Of a stretch of 64,000 nt of DNA, positions 1 to 9,891 are shown in pieces (within the stretch, counting starts at the first letter, position 1; every line of letters begins with the position of its first letter). Under the pieces are notes generated by a model. That model made no database searches. It worked only from the letters and a program-made list of their open reading frames with translations, and was not told the origin of the DNA. A program made the position numbers and the translations under genes. This DNA comes from an uncultured delta proteobacterium (GTDB lineage Bacteria > Myxococcota > Myxococcia > Myxococcales > Myxococcaceae). The stretch covers positions 689,893 to 753,892 of the forward strand of contig CAVQKE010000001.1 of the NCBI GenBank assembly GCA_963713045.1, written 5' to 3'.

Positions 1-3000
1 GGTCCTCGGCGGCCAGCGCGTCGCGCTCCAGCCCCGCCTGTCGGTAGGCCGCGGCCGCTTCCAGGTAGCTGGCCGCAGCTTCGCTTCCCGCTTGCCGCTC
101 GGCGCGCGCCAGGTGCAGCGTGGCCAAGGCACGGCCGTCCTGGGTGGAGGCAAGCCAGGCCAGCTGGCGCTCGGCCGAAGGGGCCCGGAAGGGGTTGTCC
201 CGAAGCAGCTGCGCGTCATACGGCGCGGCGTCGGCCAGACGGCCAGCGGCGGCCAACAAGTCGGCCAGGTCGCCCGTCAACTGGACGTCTCCTGGCCGCA
301 GCGCATGGGCCCGGGACAGCGCTTCAAGGGCGGCCTCGCGGTTGCCGAGGCGGCCTTGGTACACCTCGGCCGCGCGGCGCAGCAGCTGGACCCGTGCTTC
401 GGCGTCCCGCACGCTGCGCGCGGCGGATTCGAAGTAGCCCGCGACGTCCGCGGTGCGGCCGGCGCTTTCGAGGAGGGCCAGGAGGCGCGCCTCGGCGGCC
501 GGGTGCCCGGGGGCCTCCTCCAGCGCCTCGCGCAGCAGGGCCTCGGCACGCGCGTCGTCGGTGAGGGCCTCGGCCTGCAGCTCGGCCAGGGCCACCAGCG
601 CGTCCGCCCGCTGGGCCGGCCCCGGGTACAGGGGAAGGGCACGGGACAGCCACTCGGCCTGGGCGCGGACGTCCTCCCTGCCTGAGGCGAGGGCGGCGGC
701 GCGGAGGGCGGTTTGGACACTGGGGTGCAATTCAAAGCTTCGGCGCAGCCCGGCCTCGGCGCCGAGGGCATCTCTGCGGCCCAGCAGCAACTCGGCCCGA
801 CGCGCTTCGGCTTGGGCCGCCGCTTCGGAGGCCCCTTGCTGCTGCAGCCGCTCGCCATAGGTGGCCAAGGCCCCGAGGGCTTCGTCGACGTGGCCCAATT
901 CCTCGGCCACCTGCGACAACTCCTGCAGCGCGGCCAGGGCGGCGTCCGACTCGCCTGCCTGGGCGGCCTCCTCCCACAGCCGGCGCAAGGTGGTCAGTAG
1001 CTCCGCGCTGCGTCCCGTTTGACGGAAGAGTTGGGCCTGGGCCCGGCGCGCGGCCCAGGGCTCCGGCATGGCGGAGGCGGCGGCCTCCAACAGGGTCCGG
1101 GCCAGCTCCGCGTCGGCCAATTCGGCGAAAGCCCGGCGGCCCAACTCCAACAGGCGCTCGCCCACCGCGCGGCTGGGGGTGCGCCCCTGCAGGGCGTTGG
1201 CCAACAGAAGAATCGACTCGCGGGGGTTCCGCGCTGCCGTCACCTCGGCCAGGCGCTCCACCGCGGCGGTACTTAAGGGCCGCTCACGGAGAAGCCCGCG
1301 CAGCGTCTCCTCCGCGGCGGGCAGGTCGCCGCTGGCGGCCTGGAGGTCCGCGTAGGCCAACAGCAATTCCTCGTCCCGGTCCGGCGTGTCTTCAAACGTC
1401 GCCCCGGCTGCCGCCGAGGAAAACAGCGGCAGCGCCTCGCCCCGGGCACCGGCGCGGTACAGGGCAAAGGCCAGCGTGCGCAACTCCTCGCCGGTGGCCG
1501 GAGACAGCTGCTGTGCGCGTCGGCGCAGGGCCAGCGCCTCGGCGTCCGCGCCGGCCGCGCTGGCGGCCCGCGCGGCCTTCTGCAGCAAGGCCGCCCCTTC
1601 CTCCGGAGGCAACAGCGAGGCGGCTTCGCGGGCCGTCTCGGCGGCTTCCGCCCAAGCGCCCCGCTGCACCAACAAGCCCACCAAAAGGCTGCGCACCTGG
1701 GCCTGGCGTGGGTCGAGTTGCGCCGCGCGGCGAAGCGCCGCTTCGGCCGGCCCGAGGCTGCCCAGCTTTTCCAGGTACAGGGCGCCCAACTCCGCCGACA
1801 GCCGCGCCGCCTCGGCCGCTGCGGCGTGGGGAATGCGGGCGGCCAGAAGCTCGGCCACGGCGGCCCAGTCCCCGGCGCGTTCCAGCAGTGTCCGCAGCCG
1901 GGAGGCGGCTGCCAACTGGCGCGGCTCCAACGCCAGGACACGTTCCAGACTGTCGGCCGCGGTGGCTGCGTCCTGGGCGGCTTCGGCCAACTCCGCCCGC
2001 CGGAGGAGGGCTTGGACACGCGCTTCGACGGGCCCCTGGGCCGCGGCCGAGAGGAGGGAGGCGGTGGCGGCTGCGGCGTCCCCTTGGGCGAAGGCCGCCT
2101 CGGCAGCGCCCAGGTGCGCGGCGGAGAGGCTGGCCGCCTCTGGCGCCGCTTGCGCGGCCAGGGCATAGGCGGAGGCCGCCGCCGCGGCCTCGCCACCCTG
2201 CAGCAGCGCGCGGCCGAGGTCCAACAGGCGCGGGGCGGCCAGGGCAGACAGGCCCGGCGCCGCGCCCAGCGCCGCCTGCCAAGCGGCCAACTCGCCCGGG
2301 GCATCGTCCTCGGCCCGCGCCAACTCTGCCACCTCTTGCCAGACGGGGCCCGGCAGCTCCGCCTCCGGGGCAGCGCGCGCCAACGCGGTGCGCGCCTCGG
2401 CAAGTCTTCCCAGGGCCCGGAGCAGGCGGGCCCGCTCGAGGAGATGCACGCTGCGGGCGTTGCCGGAGGTGGAGGCTGCCAACAGCGAGCGCAGCGCGAG
2501 GGCTTCCTCGCGCGCCGCAGCGTCGTCGCCCAGAAGCCCGAGCAGCGCCTCGGCCGCCCAGCGGTCGCCCCGGTCCTTCTCGAGGAGGCTGCGCAGCACC
2601 GGGACGGCCTCCTCCGGCCGGCGCACTTCCACGCTGAGGGCCACCAATTCTTCTGCTGCCTCGCGGGCCTGCGGGCCGCTGAGGCGGGGCCAAAGGCCAC
2701 TCAACAGGGACTGCAGGGCCTGCAGGGCGCCGGCTTCGCGGTACAGCGCAGCCAACTCCAACTGGGCCTCCACGTCCTGCGGCTGCGCCTCGGCGTAGGC
2801 CGCCAGGTGGCGGCGGGCCAAGTCTGGCTCCCCCGCGGCGCGCGCCGCGGTGGCGGCGGTCCGCAACAGCTGGGCCCTTTCGGACGGGGGAAGGGCCAAG
2901 GGGTCCGCCCGCAGCAGCTGCAGCGCGGCCTCCACGTCCTCCAGCGCGCCGCGGGCGTCGGTGGACAGACGGGCGCGGCCCCGGCGCACCCGGGCCAGCA

Positions 3001-6000
3001 GCAGCATTGCGTCCTGGCGCAGCGCCGCGTCCAGCCAGGCCAGCATCCGGCCGGCGTCCGGCGTCACCTCGGCCGCGCGGAGGAAGAGGCGGGCGGCCAG
3101 CCGCGGCTCGCCGGCGCGCTCCGCTTGGCGGGCCAACAGCTGCGCCGCCTCGGGGCGGTTCCCGGCTTGCAGCTCCAAGTCGGCCAGCGTCTCCAGCACC
3201 TCGGCAGCCAGCGGCCCTTGCGGCTGCAATTCCAGCGCGGCGTACAGCTTCTGGTGGGCGGAGTCCCGGTGCCCGGCCGAGAGGAGGGCCCTGGCGCTTT
3301 TGAGGAGGAGGGGCGCGGCAGCCTCGGCCCGGCCAGCGGCCAACAGCTGCTGGGCCCGGGCAGCCCACAACTCGGCCAGCTCGCGGTTTCGGCCGGCCTT
3401 TTGGTAGAGGGCCTCCAGCCTCTCGGCCAGCGCGTCGTCCGCCGGCCGAAGCGGCAGCGCTTCGGCATACAGCGCCATGGCCGCGCCCTCGTCCCCCAAC
3501 AACTCGCACGCCCGGGCCAGCTTGGCCTGCACCTCGGCGCGCGTCTCCTTGGGGACATGCACCGGCAGCCCGGACAGGACGTCTTGCAATGCCCGACGGG
3601 CGTGCTCCGGGCGCTCGGCCCGCAGGGACAGCTCGGCCAATTCGAGGAGGACGGCCGGCTCGGCCTGCAGCCGCGCCGCCTTTTCCAGGGCGACCAACGC
3701 CTCGCCCAGCCGTCCGAGGCGACTCTCCCGCACCTGCGCCAACTCCCGCAGCGCCGCCACCGCCAGCCGAACGTCCCCTTGGGCCTCGGCGACGCGGGCC
3801 CGCTGTTCCAGCGCCGCGGCCAGTCCGGGCATATCCGCGCGCCGACGCTGCAGCGCGCACAATTCGCCCAAGGCCACCAAGTCGTCCGGCTCAAGGCGAA
3901 GCACCTCGGCCAGGGCGTCGGCGGCCAGGGTGAAGTCCGAGGACAAGTCCTTCGCCGCCACCGCCAGCCGGCGCAAAAGCCGCGCTCGCTCGGCCGAGTC
4001 CTGCGCCTGGGCGGCCAGGGCCTGAAGACAGCGGCAGAGGAGGGGCCCTTCCCGGCGCTGCTCGGCCAGTGCCAGCATGCCGTGCAACGCGACGCGGTTG
4101 GTGGCGTCCACTTCCAGCGCGCGGGCCAGCAGGGCCTCGGCGCGCTCCGGCCTGTCCAGCCGCGTCCGCTGCAACTCTCCAGCCTCCGCCAGGTAGGCGG
4201 CCCGGCGCAGGCCGTCGGCCAACAAGGGGGCGGCCACTTCCAGGGCGGTGGCCAGGCGCTCCACGTCATTGGCCGCGCGGTGCAGGGGAATCAGCTCCTC
4301 CAGCACTTCGACGTCCTCTGGGCGCAGCTGAAGGGCGGCCTCCAGGTGCTGCCGCGCGCGGGCCGCGTCGCCGAGGCGGGTGCGCTGCAACACGGCCAGC
4401 GCCCGGTGGGCCCGGTAGACGGCGGCGCGAACGGCCTCCGAAGCGGGCGCTGGGCCGGCCAATTCAATGCCCTGTTGGTAGCCGGTCACCGCCTCCGCCG
4501 TCCGTCCGAGGCCTTCGGCGGCGTGGGCAGCGGCCACCAGCGCCTCCGGCTCGCCCGGCAACAGGGCCACCGCCTCGCGGTAGCGCAACAGCGCGTTGTC
4601 CAGGTTGTGGAGGCCCTCCTCCCACACCCGGCCGGCCAGCAAATTCGCCCGCCCCACTTGGGCCAAATCATGCCGGCCGAGGGCCACGTCCCGCAGCCGG
4701 TCCAGGGCTTTCAGGGCCCGCAGCGGCTCGCCGGCGCGGTGGCACAACTCGCCCAGGCGCTCCAGGGCGCCGGGGTGGTCCGGAGACAGCCGAAGGGCGG
4801 CCTCGCAGTGCAGCCGCGCGCCGGCCACGTCGTCCTCCGCCACCACCGACAGGCGCGCCAGCTGCACGTGGGCCTCGGCGGACTCGGCTGGGTCGCGGGC
4901 CAGGGCGGAAATGCGGCGGTAGGCGCGCATCGCGCCGGCCCGGTCCTCCGAAGCATCCGCGGCCCGGGCCAGCGCCTGAAGGGAAGGCAGGTGGTCCGGC
5001 CGTAGCCCCAACAATTCGTGCAGCGCACGAATGGCCATTTGGGGCGCGACGCCCTCGGCCACCCGGGCGGCGGCATGGGCGGCGGCCACTGCGCCCGCGT
5101 CCTCGCCCCGCTTGCGACTCAACGCACACAGCGCCAGCCAGCGCTCGGCGGCGCGGGCTGGCTCTCCGCGGCGCTCTCGCACCACCGCCTCCACCCACAG
5201 CGGCGCAGCGCTGTGCGGGCGGCGGCGGGCGACGGACTGGGCGACGTCCAAGGCCAATTCATGCGCCCCGGGGTCCGCCACCAACAGGCCGAGGAGGCGC
5301 TCCAGGGCGAAGGGGTGGGCGTCCTGCGGCTCGGCGCCGCGCAGGTACGCATCGCGTGCGTCCTTCAGCCGTCCGGCGGCCACCAGCGCCTCGGCGTCCG
5401 CGAAGGCGCGCGCGCCTTCCAGCGCCAAGAGCAACTCCTCGTCGAGGAGGGCCGGCGGCGGCAGTCCAGTGGAAGCAAAGCGCAGGCGCAGCGCGGTGGC
5501 GGAAACGTCCAGCCCGGTCAGGCGGGCCCCCTCCAGCGACGGGACGCGGAAGCCGCGGGTGACGGCCGCCGCCTGCACCAGCGCCGGCAGCACCCGGGCG
5601 GAAAAGCCGGTGGTGCCGCGCAACTCCACGTCCGGAAGCAGCCGGGCGGACTGGGCGGAACGGGCCAGAAGCAGCGGCACCACCGCCACCGGCGTCGGGG
5701 TGAAGGCATACAGCCGCACGTCGTACAGGTAGACGCCGAGGCGCTCGCCCTCGGCGTCGAAGGCGACTTTAAAGGTGGCGGGCGCGCCAGCCGGCCCGCG
5801 CAGGCGCGCCTGGCCTTCCAGGTAGCCGGTGCGGAAGCTGAGTTGCACGTCCTCCAATTCCAGGGCCCCGCTGGCCACTTCCTGCACCGCGCGGCGCAGC
5901 CGCTCGGCCTCCAGGGACACTTCCAGGAAGCCAAAGGCCAGCGTCTTCTTCTGGTAGCGCAGCGCGCCGCCGGAGATGCTGAAGGGAAAGCTGACGTCTG

Positions 6001-6145
6001 GAATTTGTAGGCCGAAGTCCGTCACCCTGACGCCCGGCGCCACTTCCAGCGGCGGGAAGGCGACGAAGGCACGGCGGTCCAGCAGCCGCAGCTCGGGGGC
6101 CGCGGACTTGGCCACTTCCGGCTCGCGTTTCTCTTCCCCGGCCAT
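1..6145 (-). CDS. Giant TPR/alpha-solenoid repeat protein (>2048 aa, 3' end runs off window)
   Basis: ATG at 6145 (MAGEEKREPEVAKSAAPELRLLDRRAFVAFPPLEV...). The ORF track shows no closed ORF in this frame between 1 and 6145, consistent with an open frame to the window edge. Ala/Leu/Glu/Arg-rich helical repeats (e.g. YLEAAAAYRQAGLERDAL) follow a mixed alpha/beta N-terminal region. Confidence 0.85.
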   Translation of the reverse strand, partial: MAGEEKREPEVAKSAAPELRLLDRRAFVAFPPLEVAPGVRVTDFGLQIPDVSFPFSISGGALRYQKKTLAFGFLEVSLEAERLRRAVQEVASGALELEDVQLSFRTGYLEGQARLRGPAGAPATFKVAFDAEGERLGVYLYDVRLYAFTPTPVAVVPLLLARSAQSARLLPDVELRGTTGFSARVLPALVQAAAVTRGFRVPSLEGARLTGLDVSATALRLRFASTGLPPPALLDEELLLALEGARAFADAEALVAAGRLKDARDAYLRGAEPQDAHPFALERLLGLLVADPGAHELALDVAQSVARRRPHSAAPLWVEAVVRERRGEPARAAERWLALCALSRKRGEDAGAVAAAHAAARVAEGVAPQMAIRALHELLGLRPDHLPSLQALARAADASEDRAGAMRAYRRISALARDPAESAEAHVQLARLSVVAEDDVAGARLHCEAALRLSPDHPGALERLGELCHRAGEPLRALKALDRLRDVALGRHDLAQVGRANLLAGRVWEEGLHNLDNALLRYREAVALLPGEPEALVAAAHAAEGLGRTAEAVTGYQQGIELAGPAPASEAVRAAVYRAHRALAVLQRTRLGDAARARQHLEAALQLRPEDVEVLEELIPLHRAANDVERLATALEVAAPLLADGLRRAAYLAEAGELQRTRLDRPERAEALLARALEVDATNRVALHGMLALAEQRREGPLLCRCLQALAAQAQDSAERARLLRRLAVAAKDLSSDFTLAADALAEVLRLEPDDLVALGELCALQRRRADMPGLAAALEQRARVAEAQGDVRLAVAALRELAQVRESRLGRLGEALVALEKAARLQAEPAVLLELAELSLRAERPEHARRALQDVLSGLPVHVPKETRAEVQAKLARACELLGDEGAAMALYAEALPLRPADDALAERLEALYQKAGRNRELAELWAARAQQLLAAGRAEAAAPLLLKSARALLSAGHRDSAHQKLYAALELQPQGPLAAEVLETLADLELQAGNRPEAAQLLARQAERAGEPRLAARLFLRAAEVTPDAGRMLAWLDAALRQDAMLLLARVRRGRARLSTDARGALEDVEAALQLLRADPLALPPSERAQLLRTAATAARAAGEPDLARRHLAAYAEAQPQDVEAQLELAALYREAGALQALQSLLSGLWPRLSGPQAREAAEELVALSVEVRRPEEAVPVLRSLLEKDRGDRWAAEALLGLLGDDAAAREEALALRSLLAASTSGNARSVHLLERARLLRALGRLAEARTALARAAPEAELPGPVWQEVAELARAEDDAPGELAAWQAALGAAPGLSALAAPRLLDLGRALLQGGEAAAAASAYALAAQAAPEAASLSAAHLGAAEAAFAQGDAAAATASLLSAAAQGPVEARVQALLRRAELAEAAQDAATAADSLERVLALEPRQLAAASRLRTLLERAGDWAAVAELLAARIPHAAAAEAARLSAELGALYLEKLGSLGPAEAALRRAAQLDPRQAQVRSLLVGLLVQRGAWAEAAETAREAASLLPPEEGAALLQKAARAASAAGADAEALALRRRAQQLSPATGEELRTLAFALYRAGARGEALPLFSSAAAGATFEDTPDRDEELLLAYADLQAASGDLPAAEETLRGLLRERPLSTAAVERLAEVTAARNPRESILLLANALQGRTPSRAVGERLLELGRRAFAELADAELARTLLEAAASAMPEPWAARRAQAQLFRQTGRSAELLTTLRRLWEEAAQAGESDAALAALQELSQVAEELGHVDEALGALATYGERLQQQGASEAAAQAEARRAELLLGRRDALGAEAGLRRSFELHPSVQTALRAAALASGREDVRAQAEWLSRALPLYPGPAQRADALVALAELQAEALTDDARAEALLREALEEAPGHPAAEARLLALLESAGRTADVAGYFESAARSVRDAEARVQLLRRAAEVYQGRLGNREAALEALSRAHALRPGDVQLTGDLADLLAAAGRLADAAPYDAQLLRDNPFRAPSAERQLAWLASTQDGRALATLHLARAERQAGSEAAASYLEAAAAYRQAGLERDALAAED

Positions 6146-6385
6146 GTCCAGAGTCTTCTAAAAGCGTGCGGGAAGTCCCCCCGTCGTGGGGACTCTTCCC
6201 AACGGGCGCTGCTGGCCCACCCCCCACGGGGGAAGGCAGCCGCGCCCAAAAGCGTCGACGAAGGGTAGCACCCGGGGCGGAGTGGCCCAAATTTCCGAGG
6301 CTTGCGGCGTCGCCCCGCCGCTTTCCGGGCGGAGGGCGCCGCCCCTCTCCTCTTGCGGTGAAGCCGGATATTCTCAGCGACGCCG

Positions 6386-8041
6386 GTGCTCCCCCTCAAT
6401 TCGCTCGTCCTCGACGAACGCTTCCGGGTGCTCGGCCACCTGGGCGGCGGCGGCATGGGGGAGGTGTACCTGGCCGAGCAGGTCAGCCTCGGCCGGCGGG
6501 TGGCCCTCAAGGTGCTGCGGCGCGAGGTGGGACAGCAGCCCGGGATGAGTGAGCGCTTCCGGCGCGAGGCACGCCTTCTGTCCAGCGTGGAGCACCCGGC
6601 GGTGGTGCGCGTCATCGACTTTGGCCAGTCCGAGGAGGGGACCTGCCTGGTCATGGAATTGGCCGAGGGAGAGACGCTGCTGCAGGCGCTGGAGGCTGGC
6701 CCGCTGGACCCGGAGCGCGGCCGCCGGGTGTTGGTGCAGCTGGCCGAGGGGCTGGCCGCCATCCATGAAAAGGGCATCATCCACCGGGACTTGAAGCCGG
6801 AAAACGTGGTGCTGACGCCAGGGCCGCGCGGCGAGCAGGCGCGCCTGTTGGACTTCGGCATTGCCCGGCTGGTGGAGCCGGACCCGGACTCGCGCGGACT
6901 GAGCCAGGTGGGCGTGGTGCTGGGGACGCCGGAATACCTCAGCCCGGAGCAGGCCATGGGCGCGCCGCTGGACGCCCGAAGCGACCTCTACTCACTCGGC
7001 GTGTTGGGTTACCGGATGTTGAGCGGACAGCTGCCCTTCCAAGGGCCCAACGCCCGCGACTACCTTCTGCAGCACGTCAGCCTCACCCCGCGACCGCTGC
7101 TGGAAATCGCTCCCCAAATGTCCAGCCAGCCGGAGCTGGGGGTGATGGTGATGCGGGCGCTGGCCAAGGACCCCAAGGCCAGGCCGCAGTCGGCGGCCGA
7201 GTTGGTCCGGGTGCTGGAGCCACCGGCCGCGCGCCTGCCGACGCCACTCACCGTCCCGGTCCGCGGCCCTTCCGACGCCGAGGACGTCTTCGACGCGCAA
7301 ACCCAGCCCGGGCTGCGCGCGCTGGCTGGGACGGACACCCGGCAGCTGCGGCGGTGGGACGGACGCACCCTGCTACTGCAGGGGACCGCTGCTGCGGTGG
7401 CGCTGGCGGTGCTGTTGGCCATCATCTTCTGGAGTCTCGGCCCGCGGCAGGCGCTGTCGCGGGCCCGGGCCGAATTGGTGGCCGGCCAGCCCGAGGCGGC
7501 CCTGGCCACCCTGGGCGAGGTCAGCCACGGGACGCTGCCCCCCGGCGCCCAGGCGCTGCGGGCGGCCGCTCTGCACGCCCTGGACGACCATGACCAGGAA
7601 TTGCTCGCCCTGCAGGCCGGACAGCGTTCGGATGAGGCGTTTGACCCGTTGGTCCTGACCGCCGTGTCCGAGGACTTGGCCCACGGCCGGGGCGAGGCGG
7701 CCCGCAGGCAGTGGCTGGACGGGCTTGAGCCGGTCCGGCTGACGGGGGCCCTGGAAGCGGTGGCGGAAACCGCGGGCTCCGACGGCGCCTGGGGCGCGCT
7801 GCGCTACTTGGACGCCACCGGCCGACTCGACTCCCAGGGCCTGGCGCGCCTCTACGCGCTGTGGCTGCAGCAGAAGGACTGTGCCGCGCGCGCCGTGGCC
7901 GCCCGGCGGCTGGCTGAGCTCGGCGCAACCGACGAATTACCGGCGCTGCAGCGCGCGCGCAAGACGGCCAAGGCCGGCTGCGGGCTGGAGGAGATGGCCA
8001 GCGCCGTGCGGCAACTGGAGGGCCACAGCAGCGGACGTTGA
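6386..8041 (+). CDS. Membrane-anchored Hanks-type Ser/Thr protein kinase
   Basis: LGGGGMGEVY, VALKVL, IHRDLKPEN, LLDFGIA, GTPEYLSPE and SDLYSLG motifs; TM segment (AAAVALAVLLAIIFW) followed by a helical C-terminal domain with a Cys pair. Confidence 0.95.
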   Translation: MLPLNSLVLDERFRVLGHLGGGGMGEVYLAEQVSLGRRVALKVLRREVGQQPGMSERFRREARLLSSVEHPAVVRVIDFGQSEEGTCLVMELAEGETLLQALEAGPLDPERGRRVLVQLAEGLAAIHEKGIIHRDLKPENVVLTPGPRGEQARLLDFGIARLVEPDPDSRGLSQVGVVLGTPEYLSPEQAMGAPLDARSDLYSLGVLGYRMLSGQLPFQGPNARDYLLQHVSLTPRPLLEIAPQMSSQPELGVMVMRALAKDPKARPQSAAELVRVLEPPAARLPTPLTVPVRGPSDAEDVFDAQTQPGLRALAGTDTRQLRRWDGRTLLLQGTAAAVALAVLLAIIFWSLGPRQALSRARAELVAGQPEAALATLGEVSHGTLPPGAQALRAAALHALDDHDQELLALQAGQRSDEAFDPLVLTAVSEDLAHGRGEAARRQWLDGLEPVRLTGALEAVAETAGSDGAWGALRYLDATGRLDSQGLARLYALWLQQKDCAARAVAARRLAELGATDELPALQRARKTAKAGCGLEEMASAVRQLEGHSSGR

Positions 8042-8058
8042 AGCGGTGCGGCCAGGCT

Positions 8059-8475
8059 TCAGCGGCGGCGGCGCGCCTTCTTCGGCGCACCGGCCCGCAC
8101 CCGCTTGGGCTTCGGCGCTGCGTGGTGGACGGCTTCCAGGTTGTGGCCGTCCGGGTCGATGACGAAGGCGGCGTAGTAGTGGCGGTGGTATTGCGGCCTC
8201 ACCCCCGGCGGCCCGTTGTCCTGGGCGCCCGCGGCCAGCGCCTCGGCGTAGAAGCGGTCCACCGCGGCGCGGGAGGGTGCCACCAGGGCCAGGTGGTGCG
8301 GGCTGGTGGGCACCGGCCCAGGCTTCAGCCAGAAGGCGGGCTTCTTCTTCGTGCCGAAACCCACAAACGCCTCAAAGCGCATGGCGACGCCGTAGCCGAG
8401 GGGCGGCAGCGCCCGGGTAAAGAAGGCGACGCTTTTCTCCAGGTCCCGGACGGTGCGCGTCAGGTGGTCAATCAA
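8059..8475 (-). CDS. VOC/glyoxalase family protein
   Basis: IDHLT...DLEKSVAFF, HLAL, DNGPPG, YYAAFVIDPDGHNLEAV motifs. Confidence 0.9.
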   Translation of the reverse strand: MIDHLTRTVRDLEKSVAFFTRALPPLGYGVAMRFEAFVGFGTKKKPAFWLKPGPVPTSPHHLALVAPSRAAVDRFYAEALAAGAQDNGPPGVRPQYHRHYYAAFVIDPDGHNLEAVHHAAPKPKRVRAGAPKKARRRR

Positions 8476-8897
8476 TTCAGGGCGCTTTCCGTCTGTTCAT
8501 CCAAGGTAAAGCGCAGCTGCACGCCGGAGAGGGTGAAGTGGGTGGGACTGGCTGAGCGCAGGCGGCGCACCACCGTCTCGCCGCTGTCGTGGTCGCGCAC
8601 CGTCAACTCAAAGCCCCCGTCGAGGCGGACGACAAAAATATCCATCCCCAGCTGCTGCTCCTGGCCGTCACAGCCCAGAAGCGCCAGTTCCATCCGCGAC
8701 GTCCCTCCCGCCGGGCCGAGCGCCAGCCGGCTTTGGCCAGCGGCCTCGGCCGCGCAACTCAACGAGGCCACGCTGTCCACCGAGAGCCAGCGCACCGGCC
8801 GCGCTGGGCTCCGCGCTGAGGCGCCGAAGGCGGCGACACCGGAGAGGGCGATGCCGAGAATGCTGAGGAGAAAAAAGGTGGTGATGATGCGCAACAT
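8472..8897 (-). CDS. Hypothetical exported protein
   Basis: ATG start, hydrophobic N-terminal signal/TM segment, 4-bp overlap with the downstream VOC gene. Confidence 0.65.
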   Translation of the reverse strand: MLRIITTFFLLSILGIALSGVAAFGASARSPARPVRWLSVDSVASLSCAAEAAGQSRLALGPAGGTSRMELALLGCDGQEQQLGMDIFVVRLDGGFELTVRDHDSGETVVRRLRSASPTHFTLSGVQLRFTLDEQTESALN

Positions 8898-9045
8898 GGG
8901 CCGCCCGGTGCCTTTCCCCCAGAAGGGGCGGGACAGACGTGAAACTGCCGACCGGCCCTTCTGGTTTTTTTAAGAAAACTTACTGCCGGCGGCTGGGCTG
9001 TCAGGTTTTCGGCTTCCGTTTCCCCAAAGGGGGGGGGCCGGGACA

Positions 9046-9891
9046 CTAGCGGACGAAGGCCGTCCCGCGGCTTCCGGGCTGCTGCGCCTCCTCCAGCAGC
9101 GCACTGGGCGGCTGCACGCCCACAATGTGGATGGAGTCGATGCCTTGCTCCAGCATGGCCAGGCTTTCCTCCACCTTCACAATCATCCCACCGACGATGG
9201 TGCCCGAGGCGATGGCGGCGGCGGCGTCGGCCCGACTCAGCCGCGGCAGCCGGGTGGAGGGGTCGGCTTTGTCCCGCAGCACACCCGGCACGTTGGAGAC
9301 GAGAAACAGCTTGGCCGCGTGAAGCTCCGCAGCGAGGCGGGCGGCCACCGTGTCGGCATTGACGTTGTACACGTTGCCGGCCGCGTCCGCGGCCAGCGAG
9401 CCCAGCACCGGCACCAGGCCGGCGGCGGCGAGTCTTTCGAAGTACTCGGTCCGCACCGCCACCACGTCCCCCACCAGCCCCATGTCCACCGGCTCCGGCC
9501 CCTCCCCGGTGACCGGCCTTGGCGGCCGGCGCACGGCGTCGAGGAGTCCCGCCGAGACACCGGTGGTGCACAGGGCCGGGACGCCACACAGGCGGAAGGC
9601 CGAGGCCACGTCCACCGAGACTTGGCCGGCCAGCGTCATCTTCATCACTTCCAGGGTGGCGGCGTCCGTCACCCGTCGTCCGCCCACCAGCCTCGGCTGC
9701 AGCCCGAGGCGCTTGCTCAATTCACTGGCTTGGGGCCCGGCGCCATGCACCACCGCCACCCGCACCCCCGCGTCGAGGAAGCCACGCACCGCCGCGCCGA
9801 CCGAAGCGGCGAGCAGCGCCTTGTCCTGCGCCAGCTCTCCCCCCACCTTCACCACGAACCAGCGACCGGAAAACGCCTGAAGGCCGCTCAC
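9046..9891 (-). CDS. argB: Acetylglutamate kinase
   Basis: VVKVGG, VVHGAGPQ, GRRVTD, NVNADTVA, GGMIVKV motifs; GTG start overlaps the argC TGA stop (GTGA at 9888-9891). Confidence 0.9.
   Translation of the reverse strand: MSGLQAFSGRWFVVKVGGELAQDKALLAASVGAAVRGFLDAGVRVAVVHGAGPQASELSKRLGLQPRLVGGRRVTDAATLEVMKMTLAGQVSVDVASAFRLCGVPALCTTGVSAGLLDAVRRPPRPVTGEGPEPVDMGLVGDVVAVRTEYFERLAAAGLVPVLGSLAADAAGNVYNVNADTVAARLAAELHAAKLFLVSNVPGVLRDKADPSTRLPRLSRADAAAAIASGTIVGGMIVKVEESLAMLEQGIDSIHIVGVQPPSALLEEAQQPGSRGTAFVR

Noticed and set aside
1718..5005. Long shadow ORFs such as 1718..5005 (+), 23140..25491 (+) and 30888..32996 (-)
   Set aside because: They are antisense to real genes. Stop-poor frames are expected at this GC content, and they carry no recognisable motifs.
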